Below, one piece after another: positions 1 to 11,198 of a stretch of 64,000 nt of DNA. The stretch is from Escherichia coli (GTDB lineage: Bacteria > Pseudomonadota > Gammaproteobacteria > Enterobacterales > Enterobacteriaceae). The position numbers were made by a program, and so were the translations under genes. Each line of letters begins with the position of its first letter. Position 1 is the stretch's first letter. The notes beneath the pieces are model-generated. The model was not told where the DNA came from. It saw only the letters and a program-made list of their open reading frames with translations, and ran no database searches. The stretch is taken from NCBI RefSeq assembly GCF_024502345.1, contig NZ_JALDNN010000001.1. One strand, written 5' to 3'.

Positions 1-377
1 TAGCGACCGCGATGCGGGAGTATTTTCCAGAACATTGGTGCGATTGACACAAGGCCAATCAGTAATGCCAGGTTAATTCGCCAGCGTTGGTCGTGTGGGT
101 AAAGTCCATACATAAACTGACCAAATCGTTCGTGGATGAAGACCCAACAGGCACCGGCTTTTGTGCAGTCGGCACGCGTTGAGCCAACCCAGTTAGCCTG
201 CAAAAATGCCCAGTTCAGCAACGGTGGGATCAGTTCACACATCAACCATATACAGCCAATAGTCAGTAGGCTATTGCTCCAGCTGGAGAACAGATTTTTT
301 CGCACCCACACCATAGCGCGGCTTGAGTTATGGCTCGCCGGGCGCGGGGGATGAGACAGCAATACTTTTGTCATCAT
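1..377 (-). CDS. yhdY: Amino-acid ABC transporter permease, 5' part only (runs off window start)
   Basis: Reverse-strand reading from ATG at 375-377 gives MMTKVLLSHPRAR...; sits immediately downstream of yhdX as in the yhdWXYZ operon. Confidence 0.6.
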   Translation of the reverse strand, partial: MMTKVLLSHPPRPASHNSSRAMVWVRKNLFSSWSNSLLTIGCIWLMCELIPPLLNWAFLQANWVGSTRADCTKAGACWVFIHERFGQFMYGLYPHDQRWRINLALLIGLVSIAPMFWKILPHRGR

Positions 378-383
378 GACTCC

Positions 384-1565
384 TTAGCGTTCCACGATCG
401 CGATGCGGCGGTTATAGATATTCATCAGCAGCGAGATAGTCAGGCTGATAATCAGATAGACCGACATGGTCATGGCTATCGTCTCGATGGCTTGCCCCGT
501 CTGGTTCAGCACGGTGCCAGCAAACAGCGAAACCATATCGGGATAGCCAATAGCGGCGGCAAGAGAGGAGTTTTTGACGATGTTGAGATACTGGCTGGTT
601 AACGGTGGAATAATCACCCGCAGTGCCTGGGGAATAATGACCTGGCGTAGCGTAACCGGGTTGGGTAATCCCAGTGACCGAGCAGCTTCATGTTGACCAT
701 AAGGCACTGCCTGGATCCCAGCGCGGATAATCTCGGCGATAAATGCAGAGGTATAAACCGAAAGTGCCAGCGTTAAGGCTGCCAGTTCAGGAATTAAAAC
801 CATCCCGCCGCGGAAGTTAAAGCCTTGTAGGGCTGGGACATCCCAGTGTAGTGCTGCGCCAAAAAGCCATTGCGCCAGTAAAGGCAAACCAATGATCAAC
901 ACTGCGGCGATGGGCCAGGTGCGGCGCAGTTGTCCGGTCTTTATCTGGTATGTTTTATTAAAGCGGAATAGCCCAACAGAAAGGACTATAGCCATAACAA
1001 CAGCCAGGATAAACGCAATAAATCCGTCTCCCAGCTGCGGTGACGGAATATAAAGCCCACGATTGCTCAAAAAGGCGAGAGCAAACGCGCTCACAGCCTG
1101 GCGTGGTCCGGGCAAATTGCGCAACACGGCAAAGTACCAGAAGAAGATTTGCAGCAGCGGGGGAATATTACGGAAGATCTCAATATAAATTGTGGAAAGC
1201 TTTCGTAGCAGCCAGTTATCCGAAAGTCTCGCCAGACCGATAAAGAAGCCCAAAACAGAAGCGAACACAATACACAATGCAGAAACCAGTAGCGTATTGA
1301 GTAAGCCGACAATAAAAACGCGTCCGTAGGTGTCGCCCTGCTGGTAATCGATCAAATGCTGGACAATACCGAAACCAGCGCCGCGATCCAGAAAGGCAAA
1401 ACCTGAAGTAATGCCACGATTGCTCAGATTCGTTACAGTGTTGTGAAATAACCAACCAACAATGCCGACAACAGCAACAACGGCAAGGATCTGGAATAAC
1501 CAGGCGCGAACCGTAGGGTTGGCAAAAGAGAGTGAGCCTTTAACGGTTGAGCGGCGATGAGACAT
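384..1565 (-). CDS. yhdX: Amino-acid ABC transporter permease
   Basis: 399-aa ORF in track; multi-pass membrane protein; likely true start at internal MSHRRSTVKG; conserved position after yhdW. Confidence 0.85.
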   Translation of the reverse strand: MSHRRSTVKGSLSFANPTVRAWLFQILAVVAVVGIVGWLFHNTVTNLSNRGITSGFAFLDRGAGFGIVQHLIDYQQGDTYGRVFIVGLLNTLLVSALCIVFASVLGFFIGLARLSDNWLLRKLSTIYIEIFRNIPPLLQIFFWYFAVLRNLPGPRQAVSAFALAFLSNRGLYIPSPQLGDGFIAFILAVVMAIVLSVGLFRFNKTYQIKTGQLRRTWPIAAVLIIGLPLLAQWLFGAALHWDVPALQGFNFRGGMVLIPELAALTLALSVYTSAFIAEIIRAGIQAVPYGQHEAARSLGLPNPVTLRQVIIPQALRVIIPPLTSQYLNIVKNSSLAAAIGYPDMVSLFAGTVLNQTGQAIETIAMTMSVYLIISLTISLLMNIYNRRIAIVER

Positions 1566-1632
1566 AGAAACCTCGGAAAGCATAACGCTGAAGAGAGCGC
1601 CGCCGTAGCGACGCCCGTTACCTCACACCGAC

Positions 1633-2658
1633 TTAACGCACGGGCGGCGCGTACTGAATACCGCCGTTATTCCAGAGATTATTTTGCCCACGTTTAATTT
1701 TCAGCGGGCTTTCTGAACCTACGTTACGCTCGAAAATTTCCGAGTAGTTACCCACCTGTTTGATGATGTTATAGGCCCATTTATTATCCAGCTTCAGATC
1801 CTTGCCGTAATCGCCTTCTTTACCCAGCAGATGTGCCATATCAGGCGTTGCTGGATTAGCCGCTTTTTCATCGACGTTCTGAGAATTGATGCCCATCTCT
1901 TCAGCATTCAGCATGGCGAAAAGCGTCCAGCGTACAATCGAGAACCATTCATCATCGCCACGACGAACTACCGGCCCAAGCGGTTCTTTAGAGATAACCT
2001 CCGGTAAGACAATCCATTCAGCTGGGTTGCTTAATTTGATGCGCAGGGCATACAGTTGCGACTGATCCGAGGCCAGCGTATCGCAGCGACCAGATTCCAG
2101 TGCCTTCGCTGATTCGTCAGAGCGATCGAAAGTCACCGGTGTGTACTTCATATTGTTTGCCTTGAAATAGTCGGCAACGTTGAGTTCGGTATCAGTACCC
2201 GCCTGAATACAGACGGTAGCGCCATCCAGTTCTTTCGCGCTTTTTAGCCCCGCTTTATCGTGCGTCAGGAAGCCAATGCCGTCGTAATAAGTGACGCCAG
2301 TAAATGCCATTCCCATCCCGGCGTCGCGAGATGAAGTCCAGGTCGTATTACGGGAGAGCAAATCCACTTCCCCTGACTGTAAAGCCGTGAAGCGTTCTTT
2401 TGCTGTGAGTGGGGTATATTTCACTTTCGTGTCGTCACCAAATACAGCAGCGGCAACACCACGACAAACATCAACATCAATACCTGAAAACTTACCGTCT
2501 GCATCGGCATAAGAGAACCCAGGTAATCCATCACTGATCCCGCATTGCACAAAACCTTTTTTCTGAACGGCATCAAGCGTCGCGCCAGCATGCGCCTGAT
2601 TTGCAACGGCAAGCAGCACGCTGGCGGCAGCCAGTGTGGCTATCATCATCTTTTTCAT
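1633..2658 (-). CDS. yhdW: Periplasmic amino-acid binding protein of ABC transporter
   Basis: 341-aa ORF with signal peptide MKKMMIATLAAASVLLAVANQAHA; conserved position. Confidence 0.9.
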   Translation of the reverse strand: MKKMMIATLAAASVLLAVANQAHAGATLDAVQKKGFVQCGISDGLPGFSYADADGKFSGIDVDVCRGVAAAVFGDDTKVKYTPLTAKERFTALQSGEVDLLSRNTTWTSSRDAGMGMAFTGVTYYDGIGFLTHDKAGLKSAKELDGATVCIQAGTDTELNVADYFKANNMKYTPVTFDRSDESAKALESGRCDTLASDQSQLYALRIKLSNPAEWIVLPEVISKEPLGPVVRRGDDEWFSIVRWTLFAMLNAEEMGINSQNVDEKAANPATPDMAHLLGKEGDYGKDLKLDNKWAYNIIKQVGNYSEIFERNVGSESPLKIKRGQNNLWNNGGIQYAPPVR

Positions 2659-3088
2659 AATGCTTCCTGTGAGGCGAAAATTATCGTTATAGGACGTTTG
2701 GGAAACGTCTTTTACCTGTCTGTGGCCATCCTCTTATAAGCAAAAGTAGTGCCAGCTTTTGCGCCCGATTTCGCGTCGCAATAAGCTGAGTGTAGACAGG
2801 AAATAATAAAAACAGCGCCCCGCAATGGTGCGAAAATGAAACATGCGCCACATTTTGGCGCAAAATATTTACGCGTGTTTTACTAAGCAGAATAATGATT
2901 GTTAGCGTGAGTATATTTCTGGTGGGAAGTATGAAAGTTAAATTGATGCGTTATTTCGAAAGCAGCGAAATAACGCGATATAACATGCTAAATCAGCAGA
3001 GAATTAGCCAGCAGAATATAGCAATATTTTATCTTATGTAAAGATACTGTATCGTTAAACAGAGCGCGAAACTCCGCGCCCTGTTCAG

Positions 3089-3310
3089 TTATTTCGACAG
3101 AGCGATGATCCCCATCGTCAGGCCAGCAACAGCTGCTGCCCCGCCAGCAATAGCCCCAGCCGTTTCCCAGTTATCCTGAGTTGTGCCTTTCATACAGGTA
3201 TTGGTGTGAACCAGACGACCCTGATCGTCATAAACCGGAACGCAGGGCGAATCATGAGCACAGCCCGCCAGCAATGCGGTGAGCAATGCCACAGGAATTA
3301 ATCTTTTCAT
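3089..3310 (-). CDS. yhdV: Small lipoprotein
   Basis: 73-aa ORF with lipoprotein signal MKRLIPVALLTALLAGC; conserved position downstream of acrF. Confidence 0.8.
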   Translation of the reverse strand: MKRLIPVALLTALLAGCAHDSPCVPVYDDQGRLVHTNTCMKGTTQDNWETAGAIAGGAAAVAGLTMGIIALSK

Positions 3311-3523
3311 GGTGTTACCTCAGTAATAAACGCTAACGCTTAATAAGTTAACTCTCTTATTAACGAGCTGAATGCCATTTTATCACCGGAGGTTATAAAT
3401 CTTGCGGAATGAATAATGACAAATTATGTGAATTGTAAAAATAGTGAAGGGAGCGGGAACTATAGAAAGTTTTTAAAGAGTGAGAAGAAGAATATCTTAT
3501 TAATTTTTATGGGTTTCACTGAA

Positions 3524-3553
3524 AATAATAAAGGCGCCCGAAAGCGCCTTTAT
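3524..3553 (-). terminator. Rho-independent terminator downstream of acrF
   Basis: GC hairpin aaaggcgcccgaaagcgccttt flanked by A/T runs, 10 bp beyond acrF stop. Confidence 0.6.
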
Positions 3554-3562
3554 GTTTCTGAT

Positions 3563-6500
3563 TTATCCTTTAAAGCAACGGCGGATCACCACAAAGAACA
3601 CCGGTACGAAGAAGATTGCCAGCAACGTTGCAGAGACCATTCCTCCCATTACCCCGATACCCACAGCGTTCTGCGCGCCACTGCCGGCACCGTTACTGAT
3701 AGCCAGCGGTAATACGCCGAGAATAAAGGCGAGAGAGGTCATCAGGATAGGACGCAGACGCATACGTACTGCCATTAGTGTCGCTTCAACAACACCTTTA
3801 CCCTCTTTCTCCATGAGATCTTTAGCGAACTCAACAATCAAAATAGCGTTTTTGGCCGACAAGCCAATTGTCGTTAGCAAGCCCACCATAAAGTAGACGT
3901 CATTTTTTTGATTAAAGAGTGTCGCCGCCAGCAGCACGCCGACAATCCCTAACGGCACGACCAACATAACCGAGACAGGAATTGACCAGCTTTCATAGAG
4001 TGCAGCAAGGCACAGGAAAACAACCACAAAGGAAATTGCTACCAGAGCGGGAGCCTGGTTTCCCGATAAGCGTTCCTGATACGACATACCCGTCCAGTCA
4101 TAACCAATGCCCGCAGGTAATTTTGACGCAAGGTTTTCCATCAACGCCATGGCATCGCCGGAACTGGTTCCTGGCGCGGCTTCCCCCTGAATCTCCATTG
4201 ACGGCAGACCGTTGTAGCGTTCCAGTCGCGGAGAGCCATACACCCAATGTGAAGTGGTAAAGGCAGAGAATGGCACCATTTCGCCGTTGGCGCTGCGGAC
4301 ATAAAGTTTATCGACATCTTCTGGCAGCATACGGAATTTGGCATCCGCCTGAACATACACCTTTTTCACGCGACCACGGTCGATGAAGTCGTTAACGTAA
4401 GTCCCACCCAGCGCCGTTGAAATGGTCTGATTGATGTCAGAAAGTGAAACACCTAATGCCTGCGCCTTTTCCTGGTCAACTTCCAGTTTAAACTGCGCGG
4501 TGTCTTCCAGGCCATTAGGACGCACGCTGACTAAGCTGGCAGGATGTTGCGCCGCCATACCAAGCAACTGGTTACGGGCCTGGGTTAGGGCATCGTGACC
4601 CAGCCCAGCCTGATCAATTAACTCAAAGTCGAAACCCGTTGCCGTGCCCAGTTCAACAATGGCTGGCATATTGAATGGAATGACAAAACCGTCGCGGATC
4701 TTGCCCAACTCCATTTTGGCACGATGGATTACCGCTTCCGCACTGTTTTCGTCACCACTACGCTCTTCCCACGGTTTCAGACTGACGAAGGCCATACCGG
4801 CGTTTTGTGCCTGGCCGCTGAAGCTAAAGCCGTTAACCGTAAAGACACTTTCAACGTTTGCTTTCTCGTTCTTCAGATAGTAATCCGTCACTTGATCCAA
4901 CACTTTTTGCGTCCGCTCTTGCGTCGCGCCAGCGGGTAACTGAATCATGGTCAGAAAGACACCCTGATCCTCTTCAGGTAAGAAGGAAGACGGAAGACGT
5001 AAAAACAACACCACCATTCCTGCAACAATCAGCGCATAGATCAGTAAATATCGTCCTGTGGAACCGAGGATTTTGCCGACGCTGTTGGTGTAGTGGTTAA
5101 CGCTATGATCGAAGGTGGTATTAAACCAGCCGAAGAAACCGCCCTTATTTTCGTGATGCTCAGCAGAGACGGGTTTAAGCAGCGTTGCACATAACGCAGG
5201 GGTAAGAATCAATGCCACCAGAACAGAAAGCGCCATTGCCGAAACGATGGTGATAGAGAACTGGCGATAAATTGCCCCAGTAGAACCGCCGAAGAATGCC
5301 ATCGGAATAAATACCGCTGACAGCACCATCGCGATACCCACCAGTGCGCCCTGAATTTGCGACATTGATTTTTCCGTCGCTTCTTTTGGCGGGAGCTTAT
5401 CCTCCATCATCACGCGCTCGACGTTCTCCACCACCACTATCGCATCATCGACGAGCAGCCCGATGGCAAGCACCATCCCGAACATCGTTAGTGTGTTGAT
5501 GGAGTAACCAAAAGCGGCGAGGATGGCAAACGTCCCTAACAACACCACGGGTACCGCAATGGTGGGGATCAGCGTTGCTCGCATATTCTGCAAGAACAGA
5601 TACATCACCAGGAACACCAGCATAATAGCTTCGAACAGTGTTTTTACCACTTCGTGAATAGAAAGCTGGACGAATGGCGTGGTGTCATAAGGGTAGAGAA
5701 CCTTCATTCCCTGCGGGAAGAATGGCTGTAATTCCGCCAGTTTTGCCTTAATGGCTTTCGCGGTATCGAGAGCATTCGCGCCGGTTGCCAGCTTAATCCC
5801 CAGGCCCGCCGCCGGTTTTCCGTTGATACGAGCGATAACGTTATAGTTTTCACCGCCAAGTTCAACCCGTGCGACATCTTTCAGGCGTACCACCGAGCCG
5901 TCACTGTTTACGCGCAGGGTCACTTTGCCGAATTCTTCCGGATTTTTTAACCGCGTTTGAGCAATAATCGAGGCATTCAACTGTTGCCCTGGTAACGCTG
6001 GCGTTCCGCCCAACTGTCCGGCAGCGATCTGATCGTTCTGTACCTTCAACTGGTTAATCACATCAACCGGTGTCAGTTTATATTTGTTTAGCAGATCGGC
6101 GTCCAGCCAGATACGCATCGCATACTGTGCGCCGAAAAGCTGTACGTCACCGACGCCATTCAGACGGCTAAGCGTATCTTTAACGTTAGAGGCCACATAG
6201 TCCGAGATATCGTCCTGTGTGGTGTCTGGGTTATCAGAGACAAAGCCCGCCACCATCAAATAGCTGCTACTGGACTTTTCAACACTGATCCCCTGCTGCT
6301 GAACCTCCTGCGGCAGCAACGGCGTGGCGAGCTGGAGTTTGTTCTGCACCTGCACTTGCGCGATATCAGGATCGGTCCCGGACTGGAAGGTAAGGGTAAT
6401 TGTCACGCTACCGGCGGAATCGCTGGTGGAGGACATATACATCAGGTTATCGATACCATTCATATTCTGTTCGATAACCTGCGTCACCGTATCCTGCACG

Positions 6501-6667
6501 GTCTGCGCATCAGCACCTGGATAGTTTGCCGAAACAGAAACCGCAGGCGGTGCAATGGTTGGATACTGAGCGACGGGCAATTGTAGGATCGCCAGTGCGC
6601 CCGCCATCATCAGAATAATGGCCAGCACCCATGCAAATATCGGTCGTCGAATAAAAAAGTTTGCCAT
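3563..6667 (-). CDS. acrF: RND multidrug efflux pump inner-membrane transporter AcrF
   Basis: 1034-aa [39 protein letters not shown]... typical AcrB/AcrF family; follows acrE. Confidence 0.95.
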   Translation of the reverse strand: MANFFIRRPIFAWVLAIILMMAGALAILQLPVAQYPTIAPPAVSVSANYPGADAQTVQDTVTQVIEQNMNGIDNLMYMSSTSDSAGSVTITLTFQSGTDPDIAQVQVQNKLQLATPLLPQEVQQQGISVEKSSSSYLMVAGFVSDNPDTTQDDISDYVASNVKDTLSRLNGVGDVQLFGAQYAMRIWLDADLLNKYKLTPVDVINQLKVQNDQIAAGQLGGTPALPGQQLNASIIAQTRLKNPEEFGKVTLRVNSDGSVVRLKDVARVELGGENYNVIARINGKPAAGLGIKLATGANALDTAKAIKAKLAELQPFFPQGMKVLYPYDTTPFVQLSIHEVVKTLFEAIMLVFLVMYLFLQNMRATLIPTIAVPVVLLGTFAILAAFGYSINTLTMFGMVLAIGLLVDDAIVVVENVERVMMEDKLPPKEATEKSMSQIQGALVGIAMVLSAVFIPMAFFGGSTGAIYRQFSITIVSAMALSVLVALILTPALCATLLKPVSAEHHENKGGFFGWFNTTFDHSVNHYTNSVGKILGSTGRYLLIYALIVAGMVVLFLRLPSSFLPEEDQGVFLTMIQLPAGATQERTQKVLDQVTDYYLKNEKANVESVFTVNGFSFSGQAQNAGMAFVSLKPWEERSGDENSAEAVIHRAKMELGKIRDGFVIPFNMPAIVELGTATGFDFELIDQAGLGHDALTQARNQLLGMAAQHPASLVSVRPNGLEDTAQFKLEVDQEKAQALGVSLSDINQTISTALGGTYVNDFIDRGRVKKVYVQADAKFRMLPEDVDKLYVRSANGEMVPFSAFTTSHWVYGSPRLERYNGLPSMEIQGEAAPGTSSGDAMALMENLASKLPAGIGYDWTGMSYQERLSGNQAPALVAISFVVVFLCLAALYESWSIPVSVMLVVPLGIVGVLLAATLFNQKNDVYFMVGLLTTIGLSAKNAILIVEFAKDLMEKEGKGVVEATLMAVRMRLRPILMTSLAFILGVLPLAISNGAGSGAQNAVGIGVMGGMVSATLLAIFFVPVFFVVIRRCFKG

Positions 6668-6678
6668 GTCAGATTACC

Positions 6679-7836
6679 TTACTTCGATGCAGTATCTGCG
6701 GGGGTATCGGTAGTGGCTTTAACCTGCTCTCCCGGACGCGCTTTTTGCAGGCCGCTGACAATGACTTGATCGCCAGATTTCAGACCTTCGCTAATCAACC
6801 ATTTATCGCCAATCGCCTGACTGGCAACGACAGGGCGCGCTTCCACCTGACTTTTATCGTTAACAATCAGCACGGTTGCATCACCACGCGGTGTGCGGCT
6901 AACGCCTTGTTGCGGGATAAGAATGGCGTCAGGTTGGACGCCTTCATCAATCCGTGCACGCACAAACATACCCGGCAAAAGCGTATGTTGCGGGTTAGGG
7001 AAGACAGCACGTAGGGTTATGGAGCCGGTGCTTTCATCAACGGTCACATCAGAGAATTGCAGCGTACCTTTCAGGGGATAGGTTTGACCGTTTTCCATGA
7101 CCAACTCTACGTTGCTGGTGGCGTTTTCCTTATGCAAATTTCCTTGCTCTACGGATTGCTTCAGCCTCATAAAATCGTTGCTGGATTGGGTCACATCAAC
7201 GTAGATAGGATCGAGCTGCTGGACAGTCGCCAGTTCAGTCGTTTGCCCATTAGTGACAAGAGCGCCTTCGGTCACGGTCGATTTGCCGATACGTCCGCTA
7301 ATTGGCGCAGTCACTTTGGTATAAGCGAGATTGATGCGAGCGCTTTCGACTGTGGCTTTTGCGGCAATCACGGCGGCATCGGCCTGGCGAGCATCAGCAA
7401 TGGCCTGGTCGTACTCCTGCTGGCTGATGTATTTCGTACCCACGAGCGGAACGTAACGTTTTACCGTCAAATGCGCGATGGCGGCGGCGGCTTCACTTTT
7501 CGCCAGTTCGCCTTTCGCGCTGTCATAATTTGCCTGATAGGTCGCGGGATCGATCTGGTACAGGGACTGGCCTGCTTGTACATCGCTGCCTTCAGTGAAA
7601 TTACGATTCAGTACGATCCCGCTAACCTGTGGGCGAACTTCGGCTATACGGTAAGCATTGGTGCGGCCTGGTAATTCAGTCTTAACTTCTAACGGGGCCG
7701 TTTTCACAATATGAACGGTAACCTGCGGTTCACCGACGTGAGCTTTCTCTTCTCCCTTATCGTTACAACCGGCGATTAAAGCCGCGGAGATCAGAATAAA
7801 GGAGGGCAGGAGGAAAAACCTGGCATGTTTCGTCAT
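6679..7836 (-). CDS. acrE: RND efflux pump periplasmic adaptor (membrane fusion protein) AcrE
   Basis: 385-aa ORF with lipoprotein signal MTKHARFFLLPSFILISAALIAGC; 11 bp upstream of acrF. Confidence 0.95.
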   Translation of the reverse strand: MTKHARFFLLPSFILISAALIAGCNDKGEEKAHVGEPQVTVHIVKTAPLEVKTELPGRTNAYRIAEVRPQVSGIVLNRNFTEGSDVQAGQSLYQIDPATYQANYDSAKGELAKSEAAAAIAHLTVKRYVPLVGTKYISQQEYDQAIADARQADAAVIAAKATVESARINLAYTKVTAPISGRIGKSTVTEGALVTNGQTTELATVQQLDPIYVDVTQSSNDFMRLKQSVEQGNLHKENATSNVELVMENGQTYPLKGTLQFSDVTVDESTGSITLRAVFPNPQHTLLPGMFVRARIDEGVQPDAILIPQQGVSRTPRGDATVLIVNDKSQVEARPVVASQAIGDKWLISEGLKSGDQVIVSGLQKARPGEQVKATTDTPADTASK

Positions 7837-8258
7837 TACTATTCCTCAAAAAACCAAAAGCGCGTTATTTACCCAGAAAGGCAACGCGTTAACTCGCAGA
7901 AAGAAAAATACAGTTCGCTATCCTACAAATTATCATTCGTCGATGTAAGGAATAGTTATGAATACTGGCGTCTCAAGGCACATAAACACAAAAAAAGATT
8001 AATATTCTACTGTTTTATTTTGACGCGGGTTGAAAGAGGCAGAATTAAAACCTCGTAAATTGAAATATATATTCATGTGGCGAATGTATTTTAGGTAAAT
8101 AATATATATTATTTATTTGACGATTTATAGCAACTCAATGTTACCCTCTCGTATAAATACACATTAGATGATAGATTAACCTTCGCTATTTTCTCACCCT
8201 GTGTCGAATATATTTATTTCCTGAATAATTAATCATGGCAAAAAGAACCAAAGCCGAA

Positions 8259-8267
8259 GCTCTGAAG
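8259..8267. repeat. Left 9-bp target-site duplication GCTCTGAAG of the IS903-group insertion
   Basis: Identical 9-mer immediately flanks both IS ends (8259-8267 and 9325-9333). Confidence 0.85.
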
Positions 8268-9324
8268 GGCTTTGTTGAATAAATCGAACTTTTGCTGAGT
8301 TGAAGGATCAGATCACGTATCTTCCCGACAACGCAGACCGTTCCGTGGCAAAGCAAAAGTTCAAAATCACCAACTGGCCCACCTACAATAAAGCCCTCAT
8401 CAACCGTGGCTCCATAACTTTCTGGCTGGATGATGAAGCTATTCAGGCCTGGTATGAGTCAGCAACACCTTCTTCACGAGGCAGACCTCAGCGCTATTCT
8501 GACCTTGCCATCACGACTGTGCTGGTCATTAAACGCGTATTCAGGCTGACCCTGCGCGCTGCGCAGGGCTTTATTGATTCCATTTTTTCTCTGATGAACG
8601 TTCCGCTACGCTGCCCGGATTACAGCTGTGTCAGCAGGCGGGCAAAGTCGGTTAATGTCAGTTTCAAAACGCCCACCCGGGGTGAAATCGCACACCTGGT
8701 AATTGATTCCACCGGGCTGAAGGTCTTCGGTGAAGGCGAGTGGAAAGTCAAAAAGCATGGCCAGGAACGCCGCCGTATCTGGCGTAAGCTGCATCTCGCC
8801 GTTGACAGTAAAACACATGAAATCATCTGCGCTGACCTGTCGCTGAACAACGTTACGGACTCAGAGGCCTTCCCCGGGTTAATCCGGCAAACCCACCGGA
8901 AAATCAGGTCAGCCGCCGCCGATGGCGCTTACGATACCCGGCTATGTCACGATGAACTGCGGCGTAAGAAAATCAGCGCGCTTATCCCTCCCCGAAAAGG
9001 TGCGGGTTACTGGCCCGGTGAATATGCAGACCGTAACCGTGCAGTGGCTAATCAGCGAATGACCGGGAGTAATGCGCGGTGGAAATGGACAACAGATTAC
9101 AACCGTCGCTCGATAGCGGAAACGGCGATGTACCGGGTAAAACAGCTGTTCGGGGGTTCACTGACACTGCGTGACTACGATGGTCAGGTTGCAGAGGCTA
9201 TGGCCCTGGTACGAGCGCTGAACAAAATGACGAAAGCAGGTATGCCTGAAAGCGTGCGTATTGCCTGAAAACACAACCCGCTACGGGGGAGACTTACCCG
9301 AAATCTGATTTATTCAACAAAGCC
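8268..9324 (+). mobile_element. IS903-group (IS5 family) insertion sequence, 1057 bp
   Basis: 18-bp terminal inverted repeats GGCTTTGTTGAATAAATC (8268-8285) and reverse complement (9307-9324); single transposase ORF; 9-bp direct target duplication; length and repeat sizes match IS903/IS102-type elements. Confidence 0.85.
8300..9268 (+). CDS. IS903-group DDE transposase
   Basis: 322-aa ORF (TTG start in track) MKDQITYLPDNADRSVAKQKFKITNWPTYNKALINRGSITFWLDDEAIQAWY...; recognised as IS5-family/IS903-group transposase. Confidence 0.85.
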   Translation: MKDQITYLPDNADRSVAKQKFKITNWPTYNKALINRGSITFWLDDEAIQAWYESATPSSRGRPQRYSDLAITTVLVIKRVFRLTLRAAQGFIDSIFSLMNVPLRCPDYSCVSRRAKSVNVSFKTPTRGEIAHLVIDSTGLKVFGEGEWKVKKHGQERRRIWRKLHLAVDSKTHEIICADLSLNNVTDSEAFPGLIRQTHRKIRSAAADGAYDTRLCHDELRRKKISALIPPRKGAGYWPGEYADRNRAVANQRMTGSNARWKWTTDYNRRSIAETAMYRVKQLFGGSLTLRDYDGQVAEAMALVRALNKMTKAGMPESVRIA

Positions 9325-9333
9325 GCTCTGAAG
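9325..9333. repeat. Right 9-bp target-site duplication GCTCTGAAG
   Basis: Direct repeat of 8259-8267 flanking the IS. Confidence 0.85.
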
Positions 9334-9965
9334 ACCCGGCAAGAACTGATTGAAACTGCCATCGCCCAGTTTGCGCAACATGGCGTAAGCAAGACGACGC
9401 TCAACGACATTGCCGATGCCGCTAACGTTACGCGTGGCGCTATCTACTGGCACTTCGAAAACAAGACTCAACTGTTTAATGAGATGTGGTTGCAACAGCC
9501 TTCATTGCGGGAGTTAATCCAGGAACACTTGACGGCTGGATTAGAGCATGACCCGTTTCAACAATTGCGTGAAAAATTGATTGTCGGCTTGCAATATATT
9601 GCCAAAATTCCCCGCCAGCAGGCGTTGCTGAAAATCTTATATCACAAATGTGAATTTAATGATGAGATGCTGGCCGAGGGAGTGATACGCGAAAAGATGG
9701 GCTTTAATCCGCAGACTCTCCGCGAAGTATTGCAGGCGTGTCAGCAACAAGGTTGTGTAGCAAATAACCTCGATTTAGATGTTGTGATGATTATTATTGA
9801 TGGTGCCTTCAGCGGAATTGTTCAAAACTGGTTAATGAATATGGCGGGTTATGATCTTTATAAACAAACCCCCGCTCTGGTCGATAACGTATTAAGAATG
9901 TTCATGCCAGATGAAAACATAACGAAATTAATTCATCAAACGAATGAATTAAGTGTCATGTAAAT

Positions 9966-10145
9966 TCACATTCTGTCCTGAAAATTCAGTTCGTCACAGT
10001 TAACCAGTTTTAGTGGATTAACTGAGTTCATATTACGGCATTTGTCTGTTTCTGTTGTCAGCAGTTCAATCCACTGCATCAGTAAAGTATCAAACAGAAA
10101 AACGAAGACAGCGAAAACGACGAGCCACCAATACTTGCGAATCAT
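9966..10145 (-). CDS. yhdU: Small membrane protein YhdU
   Basis: ORF containing MIRKYWWLVVFAVFVFLFDTLLMQWIELL...; conserved position between acrS and yhdJ. Confidence 0.75.
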   Translation of the reverse strand: MIRKYWWLVVFAVFVFLFDTLLMQWIELLTTETDKCRNMNSVNPLKLVNCDELNFQDRM

Positions 10146-10228
10146 TACCTGAGCCTGTGCATGTTTAACCAAGTCTGGCAGGAAATATACACGAAATGAA
10201 TAATCTGAAAACCAGGCTTACACTTCCT

Positions 10229-11113
10229 TTACTTTGCAATGAGATCGGGGTCAACTTCGCTTAACCGGCTTCGTTTTGACAGGTTGCCGGTCTTTCTTTT
10301 TTTCACTTTCGCCAGTTCTTCCGCAGAGTAATGCGACGCGACATCCAGCCGTCGAAGCCCCATTTTGATGTACTCGCTGTTGATCTCAATACCAATGAAT
10401 TTTCGCCCGCTGGAGACGGCTACGGCACCGGTAGTAAAGCTACCGGCAAACGGGTCGAGAACGATATCGCCTGGGTTGGAAGAGGCGAGAATAATGCGTT
10501 TCAGTAAGGCTTCCGGTTTTTGCGTCGGGTGGTTTTCATATTCATCCATCAAATAACGCACGCGCGGAAAATCCCAGACGTTACCCGGTACTTTTTGATG
10601 ATTGTAAGGCTGTGGAGGATTTTTGCGATAATCGATCAACGCGCGCTGCGATCCGGTTTTGGCTTCTACCAGAATAGCATCACCGTTGAACGTGTAGTTC
10701 TTTGCGTCTTTCACCATCATCAGGATGGGTTCATACATGGAACCGTAGTGTTTTTTCGCCTGCACTCCAGAACTGTCATATGACCAGACGATGCGACTTT
10801 TGATGGTAAAAAGCTTGCGGCACTGGAGATCGATAAAGGGCATGTTTTCCGTACTGTTCATGATGTACATGCTGCCCTGCTTTTTCAGAACGCGGTGGCA
10901 CTCTGCAATCACTTCAAACAGCCAGTCGATAAACAGATCTTCTTTCCAGGCTTCGATCAGACCATCAAAATTTTTACCGATGTTATACGGTGGGTCGGCA
11001 AAGATCAGATCGACGCTTTCAGTAGGTAGCTTTTTAAGTTCGGCAAGGGCATCACCGTGAATAATGGTCTTAGCTTCATTACCAAACCGGGTCGGTTCAC
11101 ATCCTGTTCTCAT
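10229..11113 (-). CDS. yhdJ: Orphan N6-adenine DNA methyltransferase YhdJ
   Basis: 296-aa ORF with methyltransferase motifs FADPPY and DPFAGSFTTG; likely start at MRTGCEP. Confidence 0.9.
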   Translation of the reverse strand: MRTGCEPTRFGNEAKTIIHGDALAELKKLPTESVDLIFADPPYNIGKNFDGLIEAWKEDLFIDWLFEVIAECHRVLKKQGSMYIMNSTENMPFIDLQCRKLFTIKSRIVWSYDSSGVQAKKHYGSMYEPILMMVKDAKNYTFNGDAILVEAKTGSQRALIDYRKNPPQPYNHQKVPGNVWDFPRVRYLMDEYENHPTQKPEALLKRIILASSNPGDIVLDPFAGSFTTGAVAVSSGRKFIGIEINSEYIKMGLRRLDVASHYSAEELAKVKKRKTGNLSKRSRLSEVDPDLIAK

Positions 11114-11140
11114 GGTCACTCCCTTTGTGACACCTATAAA

Positions 11141-11180
11141 AAAGGCGCTTCCCCATGCCGAGTAGCGCCTTTTTAATCAA
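11141..11180 (-). terminator. Bidirectional rho-independent terminator (ancestral fis terminator)
   Basis: aaaaaaggcgcttccccatgccgagtagcgccttttt: GC stem flanked by A6 and T5 runs, immediately downstream of the left copy of the fis 3'-end repeat. Confidence 0.6.
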
Positions 11181-11198
11181 GCATTTAGCTAACCTGAA

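Larger units (their letters stand above)
8235..9963 (+). pseudogene. acrS: TetR-family repressor AcrS/EnvR, interrupted after codon 11 by an IS element
   Basis: ATG at 8235 encodes MAKRTKAEALK, then IS at 8268-9324; reading frame resumes at duplicated gctctgaag (9325) as ALKTRQELIETAIAQFAQHGVSKTTLNDIADAANVTRGAIYWHFENK... through stop at 9963. Confidence 0.85.

Noticed and set aside
3982-7674. Numerous 60-200 aa ORFs antisense to or overlapping acrF and acrE (for example 7057-7674 plus strand, 205 aa), and similar ones inside gltB, yhdP and panF
   Set aside because: They lie entirely within long, well-supported genes on the opposite strand or in alternative frames, with no independent signals; standard shadow ORFs.
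7837-8234. AT-rich acrE-acrS intergenic region containing a 77-aa ORF (7825-8058)
   Set aside because: This is the expected divergent promoter region of acrEF and acrS; the ORF is Lys/Tyr-rich from AT-rich sequence and overlaps the acrE start; not called as a gene.
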